Below the pieces are notes generated by a model that saw only the letters and a program-made list of their open reading frames with translations, was not told the DNA's origin and made no database searches. From NCBI RefSeq assembly GCF_009914755.1, contig NC_060931.1: a DNA stretch of 64,000 nt, one strand, 5' to 3'. The translations under genes were made by a program, and so were the position numbers. Shown here piece after piece: positions 29,324 through 44,833 of the stretch (position 1 is the stretch's first letter; the number at the start of each line of letters is the position of its first letter). This stretch comes from the human T2T-CHM13v2.0 reference genome, Homo sapiens.

Positions 29324-29418
29324 GCCTTCTCTAGGGTATTCTTATATTACCCCAAATTATCTTTGGGGGCCTTCTCTAGGGTATTTTTATATTACAGCAA
29401 ATTATCTTTGGGGGCCTT
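29324..29418. repeat. 45-bp tandem duplication (2.1 copies)
   Basis: GCCTTCTCTAGGGTATT(C/T)TTATATTAC(CC/AG)CAAATTATCTTTGGGG twice, 3 mismatches. Confidence 0.95.
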
Positions 29419-29599
29419 GCGATCCCTCGTTTCTCCTTTAGAAACCATTTACATTTAAATTTCTCATTCTCTTCCTGTGAAACAGGCTTCAAGATAGGGC
29501 AACTGCTTGCACAGTATTTAATGCACAGTATTTAAAGGTATTTGGAAAGACTTGCTCTAAGGAAAGGTTAAAAATTTGACAGGGAAGGAGTTCTCAGTA

Positions 29600-30097
29600 G
29601 TGTGCTGTATGAGACACTTCTTGTGCATCACCTTGCTTCCTCTTAGCTGTGCTTCAGTGACGAGTTACATGCAGCTTTCCATGGGTGTCCTCTTTTAGCA
29701 CCTCACCTCAGGCTGCTTCATGTTATCATGGCGTTTTTAGTGACAGGAGCTTGAGTTCTGTGCATGTGCAACCTGGAAGTGCCTGTGGACTCATCCTTGG
29801 CCAATGGGAGACAGAAGCCAATGGATAAAATGTGTCTGTCTCTCTTTTGTCTCCTGAGTGGACAGCTCTGATATTTCCTGAGACTACTTCGAATGCTTCA
29901 GCCAGGTCAGATGCGAGCCATCTGTAATGCAGTGGCAGTCTCAGCATTGCATCCTTGTATTGCTGTTTCTTTCTTCTTCTCTGTTTCATTCTAACTAGTC
30001 CCTCACTCCTGCTCTTTGCATCACATTCCCAAATAAACTACCTGTGCCTAAGACTTTACATCAGTCTTTGCCTTCAGAAGAATCTCAGACTGTGACA
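29600..30097 (+). mobile_element. LTR33-like ERVL LTR
   Basis: GCAACCTGGAAGTG…CCAATGG…CCCAAATAAACTACCTG…TGACA end. Confidence 0.7.
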
Positions 30098-30254
30098 TCA
30101 TGAACATTTTAGCACATATATTTAATAATACCATATTTCTCTCTTTTTTCACTCTAGGAATTTTGGGGCCATCACTGAAGCGCTAGGAATATTTTATTCT
30201 ATTTTTGCACTTCTCTCTCCTTTTCACATATTTCTTCCTTCTTTCATTCTTTTT

Positions 30255-30647
30255 TATTTCTTAAGCACTTGCTATGTACTAAGGATTATTTTATCAGTTT
30301 GGGATACATACATGAATAAAACAGACAAAGATTCCTGCCCTTAGAGAGCTGACATTCTGGTGGAGGGAGACAAGCAATAAACAGTAAACCACATAGTCTG
30401 TTAGAAGGTGATAAAAACTATGAGAAAAACAAAAATTAAGGAGGGTAAGGGGAAATCAAGAGTTCCAGGGGTTGGATGGGTGTTGTAAATTTAAATAGGG
30501 CAGTAAGAGTAGGCTTATTGAAAAGATGACATATGATTAAAGACTTGAGGGAGAGGAGGGAATTACCCTTGCAGATAACAGGAGGAAAAACTTTCCATCA
30601 GAGGCAAAAGCTGGAGCAGGCATGACACATTCAAAGAACAGCAAGAG
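30255..30647 (-). mobile_element. L2 fragment
   Basis: AAGCACTTGCTATGTACTAAG…ATTCCTGCCCTTAGAGAGCTGACATTCT. Confidence 0.7.
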
Positions 30648-31067
30648 TGAATTCCTTTTCTTTTTGTCTTCAGTCATCTTACTTTCTGCTATTGGCTATT
30701 CACTTATGGCAGGTGAGCTTCGCACACCATGATGCACTTTCCTGTATGGTTATTCATGGCTCCTGCTCAGTCTCCCATGAACTTCTAATTTCTTCACATT
30801 GTCCTCCCCATTTTCCTCTTTTTCCTTCACACACTCCTAACAATATTTTGCCATTTATTCAAAGGTAATCTTAGGTATATCCTTCCTCTCATGTTGATGG
30901 AGCAAACATTTTTGTTTTCATTTTGTAAGACAAGAAGAGGGACTATCCCAGTTTTATACAAGAAGAGACTAAAACACAGGAAATTTCTGATTGACTCAAA
31001 AGAGGAGGAACTTCCAGTCTCATGTGCTATGGATTTCCTAGTTTGATTGTGTAAAATAAAATCTAGT

Positions 31068-31805
31068 ACTTCACACGCTTTAGGATGGTTACTATCAAAA
31101 CAAAAACAAAAAACCAAAAATCTGAAAACAATAAGCATTGGTAAGGATATGGAAAAAAATGGAACCCTTGTGTACTGTTGATGGGAATGTAAAATGGTGC
31201 AGTTGCTGTGGAAAACAATATGGCAGTTCCTCAAAAAATTACAAATAAAATTACCATATGATCCAGCAATTCCACTTCTGGGCACATATCCAAAAGAATT
31301 GAAAGCAAGATCTCAAAGAGATATTTATACACCCATGTTCCTAGCAGTATTATTTACAATAGCCAAAAGGCAAAAGCAGCACACGTGACCATTGATAGAT
31401 GATTGGATAAACAAAAGTGGCGTACACATACATTGAGGTATTATTTAGTCTGAAGTAGGAAGGATTCTGACACATGCATCAGCATGAATGAACCTTGAGA
31501 TCACTGTTAAGTGAAATAAGCCAGTCACAGAAAGACAATTACTGTATGATTCCACTGATATGAGGTACCTGGAATAGTCCCATTCATAGACAGAAAGTAG
31601 AAGGGTGGTTTTCAGGTACTGAAGGGAGGGGGAATGGGGAGTTGTTTAATGGGTTTAAAGTTTTAGTTTTGCAAGAAGAAAAGATTTCTGAAGATTGGCC
31701 ATATAACAATATGAATGTACTTAACTATTGAACTGTACACTTAAAAATGGTTAAAATGGTAAATTTTATGCTGCATATATTTTACTATAGTTAGAAAAAT
31801 AAAAA
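31068..31805 (+). mobile_element. L1MB-type 3' end (5'-truncated)
   Basis: ORF2 C-terminal remnant (…[16 protein letters not shown]…) and 3'UTR. Probable TSD AAAATAAAA(T/A)CTAGTA. Confidence 0.9.
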
Positions 31806-32442
31806 CTAGTAACAGAAGAAGTTTTCAAAAGACTTTGATAACCAGTTTAGGATGGTACTTGGAGAATCAACAGGCTACAGGAATTACTGACACCCATGAC
31901 CCTGTCATCACTTTGCTCATACAGAACCTAGACTGTTTTGAGTGTCTGTCTGGCCAGCCTGGAGCTGTGCTCATGAGCATAAAACAGGGGAAGAAGAAAA
32001 GCCAAGGCTCAGATGACCAGGTTGGGGCTCGCATTCCTTACGAGCCAGAAGCTTAGATCTCTTAGCCCGGAATTCACAGGCTAAGCTGTGCCCTTGTACT
32101 TCGCCCAGCTTTTGCTAATATTAGTATCTCAAACAACCATGGTACATCTATCAAAACTAAAATAATTAACATTTGTACAGATTTTACAGATTGGTGCAGA
32201 TTTCTTCAACTTTCTCTGGTGATGCTTTTTCTTTTTTCTTTTTCTTTTTCATTTTGGGATAACATGTTGCATTTAGTGGTTGGGTCTTCTTAGGCTCTTC
32301 AATCTGTGACAGTTTCTCAGTCTTTCCTTGCCTTTCATGACCTTGACAGTTTTTGAAGAGTACTTGCCAGGTATTTTGTAGAATGTTTATCAATTTGGGT
32401 CTTTCTTATGTGTTGTCATGGATAGACTGGGGTTATGCATTT

Positions 32443-33550
<1,108 letters not shown>

Positions 33551-35355
33551 GGGTTATGCATTTTTAAGAATACCACAGATGTGAAGTGCTCTCCATTGTA
33601 TCGTATCAGGAGTTACAGGATATCAACATGACTCACTACTGGTGATGTTAACCTTAATCTATTTTGTAAATGGTATATGCCAGGTTTCTTCACTGCAAAG
33701 TTACTATTTTCCTTTCCATCTTCTATTTGATAGAAGAGAGTCACTAAATCCAGTTCATGTTCAAGGAAAGAGGAATTCAGTTCTACCTCCTAGAGGGAAG
33801 AGTATTAGAGAATGTGAATATATGTTAAAACCACCACAGTAATTAATACTAATTTTGGGGGAGGTTCTTTGAAGCTATTCAACTATTCTGTTTCTTATTG
33901 AAATTTTACCCACTAATTTTAACATGCCTGACTGAATCTTATCAGCAGCAATTATTACTGCAGTATTTTGATGGAGATTTTCTGTTTCACTCCTTCCTGC
34001 CTGGCTTTACTCATAGCGAGGCAACTATATAAGAAAGATTTGTTTCTTCTCTATTTACTTATTTATTCAATCATTTGTTTATGTCAGTATAGATCCATGA
34101 ATCTTTGTTTTATATTTTGGGTTATAAATCAGTGCTATTGCTATTTATTTTATTGCTCAATTTCTTTCAGCTTTGGTCATTGAGAACCCTTTCAAGTTGA
34201 CTTCTGTGTCCTTTTGACAGGTTTTTATTCTCCCTCCCTCCTTCCTTTCCTCCTCCTTTCTCTGTCTGTCTGTCTCTTTCTTCCTTTCCACATTCTTATT
34301 TTCTGTAATTACAAGATTTTCCAGGTTCATCTTGTATTATCCCTGCCCCAGACCTACACTCAGCCATTTCTTCAAGGCGCACTGGTTCCTTTTATTGGAG
34401 AATAGTATTCAGAAACCAAGATCTGGATGCTAGATAAGAAAATTAGTTTTAAGAAAGAGTATATGTGAATGTTGAGGATCTAGAAATGAATTTCCTTAAA
34501 AGTTATGTCTACATGTCCTCTGGAGGCTCTTGTATGTTGAACAGTAGGTATTACGAGGTTTATAATGTATGTCTTAAAATCTGTATGTGAGAAATAAGTT
34601 CTATAAGATGCTGAAACAGTGACTACATGTTTACATCCATGCCATATGGAATAGCTACCATGTTTTATCAGAAATAAGTGCAGTGGCAGACCAAAGCTGG
34701 TGAGAAAGAAGGATGCCTGCTAACTCCCTGCTAACTAAATACAACAGATTAACCCTGTTTCCTTTCTTCGTAAGCTTCCTTAAAGCTAATCAAGCCCAAA
34801 TCTATAATTAATTAGGTGACATTTAACTTCTTGAGTGCTTACTCTGTACCTTTTAGTCTCTGTTGTAGCGGCTTTTGGTAGATATTAAAATCTTGGCATC
34901 TTTGCTTGATATCCTTACGTGTCCTCTCTTTTTCCATATATGCTGCATTAACAATTTCCTGCTTCACTGCTCCTTCCTATAAAACAGTTGTAAGGTTTTG
35001 CAGTCTTACAGCAGAGTTGAGTAACAGTGCTTCCATTTTGCTTTATAAAAATTGGTCTCCTTTATTTTTGCCTAGTGTTAGTCTTAGCACAGTCACTCAA
35101 GCTTTGAGGATATTTAAATGGTAGCAAGGGAATCCACTGCCCCCATCAGCCGATGAGGGCTCAGCTTCCCTATAGTTCCTCTTGATCCTACACTGACTAC
35201 ATGTCTGATCTACACTGTGGGAAATGCCTGAGATCAGTGTTAGAGACTGGGCACACACATATAATAACTGAAGATTTGTGTTGTGCTTACATTCACCCAA
35301 ATTCATACTGTGGGCTTAAGGAAAATTTTGGCCTTCAGTGTGGGTGCCATTGTTA

Positions 35356-35781
<426 letters not shown>

Positions 35782-37084
35782 TCAATTTTTACCTAATGTT
35801 GAACACAAGCTGAAGAACTATTTGAATGACATTTGGTTTAATGTGTTTAGTAAGTGCATGCCTTGCCTAATGCCACCAAATGTACACAAACATATTTAAG
35901 CAGTGTTCAACATTTTTGAATATGATGAAAACTTTTTAATGTTCCCTCACCTCTAAAACTTCCATAATAGCTTTGTATTTTTCAGGATCTTCTGAGAAAA
36001 TACTTGGTGAGAAAAGCTCTTATGAATTCAGCAGTGCTTTGAAGTAAATCTGTATTTTTCACAATAACAGACACATACATTGGAAAATAGTGGTCTGCCT
36101 TTATGAGATATATAATATGTATTCAATGTACAAATAACTCTTGGTTAACATGTTGATTTTGGAACTCCTTACAATAAGCTTGGGGCCAAGATCAGAGCAT
36201 GATAGCCAAGGAACTACAGATACAAATAGCGGTTGATTTATTTTACTGATCTTATCAGAAATTCTTAATTAAAGAGTGGTAAGCAAACCAAGACTAAGCC
36301 TTAAAGGCAGAAGCATATTCTGTCAAAAGACTTATTAATAAGAACTATGCTTTATAATATGGGGGAGGGCAGAAGAAATAAATACATACTTTATAATGTC
36401 AAAAGACAATACACTTTTTCATTGTTTAATCAGGATTCTGTAGAAAAAGCTGAACTTTTTTTTTTTTACAATCACTTAATATCTGGAAGTAGGGTCTTGG
36501 GTAAATTAAATTGAAGTTTGTCATAATAAGAACAAGGCTCAACTCTGATGACCATTTGTAGAGCAGAGATTTCTCTTAAACAATAATATTAAAATGTGTC
36601 AGTGAAACAACCATTCAGATAATATTGGGGAGAGTTAAATTAGCACAACTTCCTATGATAGCAATTTGGCAAGATGCATTAAAAGCCTTAAATAGTTTGG
36701 CCCAGTAATCCTATTTAGTGGATATACAAATGCATTTAAACATTTTTTACATTGGTGAAGAATATGAAACCATCTACATTTCCAGCAATGGAAGTGTGGT
36801 TAAGCAGATTATGGTTCACTGACTGAATGGAACATTAAGCAGTTATTAAAAATTATACTTACAAAGCACTTATTAAGTAAAAAATGCATTTTAAATTGTT
36901 TATGTTGTATAATATTATTGGACAAATAAAGATTTCCAGATTTTTATAATAAACACAAACATCTTTTATAGTGAAAACAATACATTTGTTTATTTTCAAA
37001 CTGTATATTACAAAGTAGTTTTCCATTTTTTATATTATTGGAAAGCAATATGTAAACTAGCAAGGTCATTGACTTTTTATACAG

Positions 37085-37245
37085 GCAGATTTTGATTCAA
37101 ATTTCAGTTCTGGGACTTGGTAGGTGTGTGACCTTGGGAAAGTAGTTTAAAAGCTCTAGTATCAGTTTCCTCATCTGTATGAGTTGTTATCAAGACGTAA
37201 TATAATAACACACATGTAAAATTCTTAATGTTAAGAAACAGTTAA
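37085..37245 (+). mobile_element. MIR SINE
   Basis: TGTGTGACCTTGGG…CAGTTTCCTCATCTGTA core. Confidence 0.75.
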
Positions 37246-37254
37246 CAATTTCTA

Positions 37255-37486
37255 TGTATGTATACTGGATTTGAACAAATGAAGAAATGAATGGTGGATG
37301 ATGGGAATCAGTTTTCTCACTGCTGGAGAGTGATGTTAGATAAGCCAGGAGGAGGCAAGAGTGAGCCAGGTGAATCAACTATGGATTAGAGATAGAAATC
37401 TCCATATGATGTCATGTTTCCCTTAATATAAAGATGCATAAATACAGACATAATTGTAGATATGTATAAGCCATTTACATGGATTA

Positions 37487-37564
<78 letters not shown>

Positions 37565-38620
37565 CTAGCTCTGTCTGCTGAGAGGATCTAGAAACAGTGA
37601 CACCCTATTAGCGAGGAGCATACCCAGAGTACAGATCTTGGTTTCTAATACAATTCTTTCATTTAAGGAATGAGGGCTCCTTGGGGAAATGGCTGACTCT
37701 AGGGGTGGGGCAGGGAAAATACAAGATGAGCCTGGAGCATCTTGTATTGCTAGAAAGTAAGGAAGCAGTCAAAAAACAAAACGATGGGAACATGTCTAAG
37801 AAGCACAGGAGGTAAAAGAATTACCAATGGCCAAAGCTGGGAGAAGAACAAAAAGAAAAACAAAAAACAAAAAACAAAACAAATTTGCAGAAGAGAGAAA
37901 AAAATGTAGTGGTAGTACTGGATTGTAACCTAAAGATAAAATACATGCTTATGAATCCATACTTGTATAAATGATTGATCAAGTAAACAAATAAATAAAT
38001 GGGGAGAGAGACACATCTTACTTATGGAAAGATTCCAAATAATTTACATAGACACTATCTCCTGCAAGAGATGGAGCTCAATTTCTCCTACCCCTGAATG
38101 TGGGCTGGGTATAGTGATTTTCTTCCAAAGAACATAAGGATGAAAAAAGGGGAAAAACAGTAACTTTATAATGGAGAGATCTGACAAACACTACCTCAGC
38201 TTGATGATCAGTGTTAACATCAACAGTGATACCACATTGATAGTATGTACTCTTGATATAATGCAATTAAAAATGACACTTTACCTCTGTTGTCTTTCCC
38301 CTCCAAATTTATAACCTCAGTTTAATAATGAGGAAAACATTAGGCAAATTCAAATTGAAGGACATTCTACAATATACTAGGTGATTCCTTCTCAAAACTG
38401 TCAAGGTCATCAAAAACAAAGGAATTCTGAGAGACTTTCACAGTCAAAGGCACCTAAGGAGGCATGACAACTAAATGTCGTCTTCTATCCTGAATGGAAT
38501 CCTGGAACAGAAAAAGATTACTAGTGGAAAAGCTAGTGAAATCTGAACAAAGTGTGATGATTAGTAAATAGTGATGTTAGTTCTTTAGTTGTGGCAAAGG
38601 TACCATAGTAATGTAAGATC
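37255..38620 (+). mobile_element. Old L1MC-type 3' region
   Basis: CAGATCTTGGTTTCTAATAC…CAAAACTGTCAAGGTCATCAAAAAC. Same family as, and inverted relative to, 32130-34435. Confidence 0.75.
37489..37564. repeat. (AT)24 microsatellite joined to T29
   Basis: Read directly. Confidence 0.97.
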
Positions 38621-38857
38621 ATGTTTGCTACATCCTGGCAAGTGGTTGAAAAGTTTCCTTTGAACTTTCTAATCCACAAATTGAGGGAGGCTGTTCCAAC
38701 TTTGGTTAGCTATGAAGATTACTCACTCTTCATTCCCATCCATCCATTTAATTAATACTGATTATGCACCTTAAGGCCCATGCTAGGGCATTAAGGTACA
38801 TTGGTGAAGAAAATGAATGTAGCCTCTGCCCTCCAGGAGTGACTAAAAAGTGCTTTC

Positions 38858-39223
38858 TGTAAATTTGTTGAAGTTCCTTATAGATTCTGGATATTAGCCC
38901 TTTGTCAGATGGATAGATTGCAAAAATTTTCTCCCATTCTGTAGGTTGCCTGTTCACTCTGATGATAGCGTCTTTTGCTGTGCAGAAGCTCTTTAGTTTA
39001 ATTAGATCCCATTTGTCAATTTTGGCTTTTGTTGCCATTGCTTTTGGTGTTTTAGTCATGAAGTCTTTGCCCATGGAAAAAAACAAACAACCCCATCAAA
39101 AAGTGGGCGAAGGATATGAACAGACACTTCTCAAAAGAAGACATTTATGTGGCCAACAAACTATGAAAAAAACTCATCATCACTGGTCATTAGAGAAATG
39201 CAAATGAAAATCACAATGAGATA
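38858..39223. mobile_element. L1PA ORF2 fragment with internal inversion and no 3' tail
   Basis: 38858-39075 is antisense ([34 protein letters not shown]…). 39076-39223 is the sense continuation. Confidence 0.92.
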
Positions 39224-39289
39224 TTTCTGTATGTTTCCTTCTAAAAGCTTTATAGTTTTAACTTTATTTTTGGTCTATGATCTGCTCAA

Positions 39290-39460
39290 AATAAGTAAAG
39301 TTTTATTGAAACACAGCCACACTCATTTGTTTATGTATTGTCAATGGCTGCTTTCCCCCTATAATAGCAGAGTTGAGAAGCTGCAACAGAGACCCGTGTG
39401 ACACACAAAGCCAACAATATTTCCTACATGGCCTTTTACTAAAAAGTTGGCTGATCCATG
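39290..39460. mobile_element. MER58A-like hAT-Charlie fragment
   Basis: AAAGTTTTATTGAAACACAGCCAC…GCAGAGTTGAGAAGCTGCAACAGAGACC. Confidence 0.85.
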
Positions 39461-39917
39461 TTCTAGGGATTGAGCAGGGACAGGGTTGGTTAGACACAAA
39501 AGGAGATAGAAAAAATACACTAGCGAGTGATATATGTCGGATGGTGATAGATGCAATGGAGAAGGATGAAGCAAGGGAAAAGGGATACCAAGAGCAGCTG
39601 CAAAGGATGTGGGGGGTCATTAGGTAGTTTAGGGTTCAAGAGGACCTCTCCAAAATGGTGGCTTGAGATTGAAGGGAGTGATTCATGAGGGTATTTTAGA
39701 GAAGCACATTGGGAACTGCAAAGACCCCAGGCTCTAAGAGAAAAGGGTCCTTAGATTTGAGAAACAGTAAGCGGCCACTGTGACAGAAGAGAACGTGGGG
39801 GACAGGGAGAGTGGAAGGAGCTGAGGTCAGAGAGGAGAGGAGAAGGGGAGGAGGGGCTGAGTAGGCATGTTTGAGGCCATTTTTTTCTCTGACATGGGGA
39901 ATCTCTAGAAGATTTGG

Positions 39918-40237
<320 letters not shown>

Positions 40238-40916
40238 AGATTTGGGGCAGAGGAGTCAGGTAATGGGACTCCTTGTAAAGGATTGGTCTGGCTGCTATAT
40301 TGAGAATGGACGGAAGAAGGGCAAGGACAGAAGCAGGGAAAGCATTTAGTGAGCTACCGTTGGGATCCAGGCAGCACAAATGGTGGCTCAGACCATAGCC
40401 ACACATGGAATGAGGGGCAAAGCAGGACTGCAGCTCCAGATCAGCCTCACTCCAGAGTCTGTGCTCTGTCAAATGCAAGTTCTAATCACAGAAACTGATA
40501 CTTTAGGTTTGGGAAATGCAAGGAAACACTTACCTGCAAAGGGTCTGGCCTCCTCAAGGATTCTCTGAGTCCTATCGGGGGAATTTGGGTAGTTCTGATA
40601 GACAAATCCATAATAACAAGATAATTGGGGGATGCTAGTTAAATCCCTCGGGCAGCACTCCTTGGGTCTTTTGAGTCAGAGTAGGGACATCTTTAGCATC
40701 TGATTAAAGCTATGGAACACACTCTCTGGAAAAGAAAAAGGACACACACACACAGATTCGCAATATTTTGCATACATTTTTAGAGTGTTGATAGTCTTTG
40801 CCTCTAGGATTTAAGATTCTGTTGAGGTTATCTACATCTGAGCAAACTTCAAAATTGAGAATTGGAGGTTCATCAGTAAGAGGAAGTGGGCCTTCACGGA
40901 GTCAGTGGAGAGATAC

Positions 40917-40961
40917 TAGGTTGTGCAAAAGTAATTGTGGTTTTTGTTATTTAAATTAATG
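40917..40961. mobile_element. MADE1 (Hsmar1 MITE) half-element
   Basis: TAGGTTGTGCAAAAGTAATTGTGGTTTTTG matches the mariner TIR. Confidence 0.75.
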
Positions 40962-41304
40962 TAGTAAAGTAGTTAGGCACATGTGAATATTATAGCAAGC
41001 TTTAAGCCATACTGAGCAAGTCACCTATTGTGACAACATGCAGACCAACGTTTTGCATATGTGTTAGTGAGAAATAACGTTCATTGTAGAACTTAAGACT
41101 TGTACGTTTTCAAGTTAGCATAATAATATTAATATGTTAGGCCCTGTTATACTACTCAGTTCCCTCTGATGAATTTACTGATTATTTTTTAAACACTACA
41201 GGAAAGAACTATTTTAACCTCGATGTACTTCTATTGTATTGAAACAAAATGATGTCTTTGGTGGTGTATTTTTCAAAAAGTAAATTTATTAATGCTAGAA
41301 AATA

Positions 41305-43639
41305 CAGACATACTTGGTTTTATTGCATTTTGCTTTATTGCACTTTGTAGATATTGTTTTTACAGACCGAAGGCTTTTGGCAAACCTGCATCCAGGAAGT
41401 CTATTGGCACCATTTTCAAACAGCATGTGCTTACTTCGTGTCTCTGTTTCACATTTTGGCAATTCTTGCAATATTTCAAACTTTTTCATTATCATTATAT
41501 CTGTTATGGTGATCTGTGTTCAGTGGTCTTTGATATTATTACAATTGTTTTGGGGTACCATGACCCATGCCTGTATAAGATGGCAAACTTAATGAATTTG
41601 TGGGTGTTCTGACTTTTCCACTCACTGGCCAGTCCTCTTCGCTTCCTTTCTTCAGGCCTAATCCCTGAGACACACAATATTAAAACCAGGCCAATTAATA
41701 ACTTAAAAATGGCCTTTAAGTATTCAAGTGAGAATTTCACATCTCTCATTTTAAATCAAAAACTAGAAATGGTTGCGTGTAGTGAGGAAGGCATGCCCAA
41801 AGCCAAGACAGGCCAAAAGCTAGGTCTCTTGAGCTACACAATTAGGCAAGCTGTGAATGAAAGAAAAAGTTCTTCAAGAAAATTAAAAATGCTACTACAG
41901 GGAACACATGAATAATAAGAAAGCAAAACAACCTTGAATAGATCAAACCAGACACAATATTCTCTTAAACCAATGCCTAATCCAGAGCAAGGCCTTAATT
42001 CATTTAAATTGTATGAAGATTGAGAGAGGTGAGAAAACTGCAAAAGAAAAAATCTGAAGCTAGTAGAGGTTGATTCATGAGGTTCAAGAAAAGAAGCCAT
42101 CTCCATAATATAAAAGTGCAAGGTGAAGCAACAAGTGCTGATACAGAAGCTGCAGCAAGTTTTCCAGAAGACCTATCTAAGGCAATTGATGAAGGTGGCT
42201 ACAATAAACAACAGATTTTCAATATGGACAAAACAGCTTTTTAGTGGAAGATGTCATCTAGGACTTTCATAGCTAGAGAGGGGAAGTCAATGCCTGGCTT
42301 CAAGGCTTCAAAGGGCAGGCTAACTCTCTTCTTTGAGGCTAATGAAGTGATGAACTTAAGTTGAAGCCAATTCTTGTTTACCATTCTGAAAATCGTGGGG
42401 CCCATAAGAATTATGCTAAATCTCTTCCTGCCTCTATAAATAAAACAACACAGCCCAGATGACAGCAAATCTGTTTACAACATGGTTTACAGAATATTTG
42501 AAGCCAACTACTGAGACCTACTGCTCAGCAAAAAAGGATCCCTTTCCAGATATCACTGCTTATTGACAATATACCTAGTAACCTAAGAGCTTTGATAGAG
42601 ATGTACAAGGTTAATGTTTTTTTCATGCCTGCTAATACAATATCCATTCTGTAGCCCATGTATCAAGAAGTAATTTTGACTTTCAAGTCTCGTTGTTTAA
42701 AAAATACATTTTATAATGCTATAGCTGCCATTCATAGTTCCTCTGTTGAATCTGGGCAAAGTAAATAGAAAACCTTCTGAAAAGGATTCACCATTCTAGA
42801 TGCCACCCAAGAACAGATGTGTTTCATGGGAGGAGGTTAAAACATCAACATCAATAGGAGTTTGGAAAAAGTTGATTCCAACCCTCATGGATGACTTTGA
42901 AATGTTCAAGACTTCAGTGGAGGAAGCCACTTCAGATGTGGTAGAAATAGCAAGAAAACTAGAAGTAGAAGTAGAGCCTGAAGATGTGACTGAATTGCTG
43001 CAATCTCATAATAAAATTAGAGCAGATGATGACTTGCTTCTTATGGATGAACAGAGAAAGTGGTTTCTAGAGATAGAATCTACTTCCAGTGAAGTGACGA
43101 TGAACATTTTTGAGATGACAACACAAGATTTAGAATATTTCATTAAACTTAGCTGATAAGGCAGCAGCAGAGTTTGAGAGGACTGACTCCAGTTTTGAAG
43201 GAAGTCTACCATGAGTAAAAGGCTATCAGCTAGCATTGTGTTCTATCTTTCATGAAAGAGTTAATCAGTGTGCAAACTTTGCCGTTGTCTTTTTTAAGAA
43301 ATTGCCACAGCCACAGGTATGATCTGCCACAGTCAGACCTGCAGGAACCACCACCCTGATCAGTCAGCCACCATCAAAATCAAGGCAAGACCCTCCACCA
43401 GCAAAAAGATTATGACTGGCTGAAAAGTCAGAAGATCATTAGCATATTTTAAGCAAATGAGTATTTTAAAATTAAGGTATGCATATTGCTTTTTTAGACA
43501 TAATATCATTACACCCTTAATAGACTACAGTGTAGCACAAACATAACTTTTGTATGCATTGGGAAATCAGAAAGTCTGTATGATTTGCTTCATTGCAATA
43601 GGCTGGAACTGAACTCTCAATCTCTCTTAGGTATGCCTG
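41305..43639 (+). mobile_element. Tigger1 DNA transposon, near full length, transposase disrupted
   Basis: TIRs CAGACATAC…/…GTATGCCTG with TA on both sides. N-terminal ORF 41709 (…LILNQKLEM…SEEGMPKAKTGQKLGLL) and C-terminal ORF 42800 (…[14 protein letters not shown]…[14 protein letters not shown]). Confidence 0.95.
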
Positions 43640-44235
43640 TATTGTCAATTTTCTTTGGTCTCTTTTGATATATTTATTTGACAGTTCAGTACAAGGCAAT
43701 ATCACAATTCCTCTTGTTACATTTACGCTACCATTCACACTTTGTAAATGAAGAGATTGAAAAAGCTTTATAGGGAATGTAGATTCTTTTTCATTTATTA
43801 ACTTGGCTTGAAATAGAAAAAAAAAGCCATTCAGGCCTAAATGGTGAGTTTTCTCCTTCCTCCTGACAAGTGCAACATGATGAGAGTTGCACAGTAATGT
43901 TGGGTTTTCCATGAGCGGTCTAAACTAGCTATTAACCTGGTATGTATCTGGATTTGAAAGATTCAGACTGCAATTCTATTTCCTCAGACAATGCTCTTTA
44001 TCTGACCCAATCCTAGCACTTCTTATCTAGAAGCAAAGACATTTTTCTAGTTGTTGTATTACTTTGATAAAGAGATTTGAGAGAGAGTAAATCAGAACAA
44101 GAATAATATAATATTTTCTCAAGGCATGCATGTAGAAGGTCTCATTCTCATGTGTGTTCAAGAACAAAGGGGTACATATTTCCTTAGTCAGTGTCATGCA
44201 GTGGCATACTGAACATATTTGACACTTGAAGCTGA

Positions 44236-44568
<333 letters not shown>

Positions 44569-44833
44569 AAAGTGGATCATTTTTTAACAACACATTTCCT
44601 CTCTATGACAAAACCATCTTCAGTAATTATCATAAAATAAAATTAGAGGCCTGTAGCTTTCATCCATAGGGATAGTGCCTAAATCTTTACTTGTAAGTGT
44701 TTCTGTGTCCAGCCATTGGTTTAGGATAATTTCTGGTTTCCTGACGCTGATCATAATATAACAAAATTTTGTTTCAAGGATTTGTTACACCTGCCTCTAG
44801 TGAATCTCTCATGCAAGGTAGTTATTTGAGCAC

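Noticed and set aside
29324-29418. CRISPR-like repeat with internal palindrome
   Set aside because: Head-to-tail copies with no spacers, no cas genes, primate DNA.
38748-39086. 112-aa ORF with clear protein similarity
   Set aside because: L1 ORF2 fragment.
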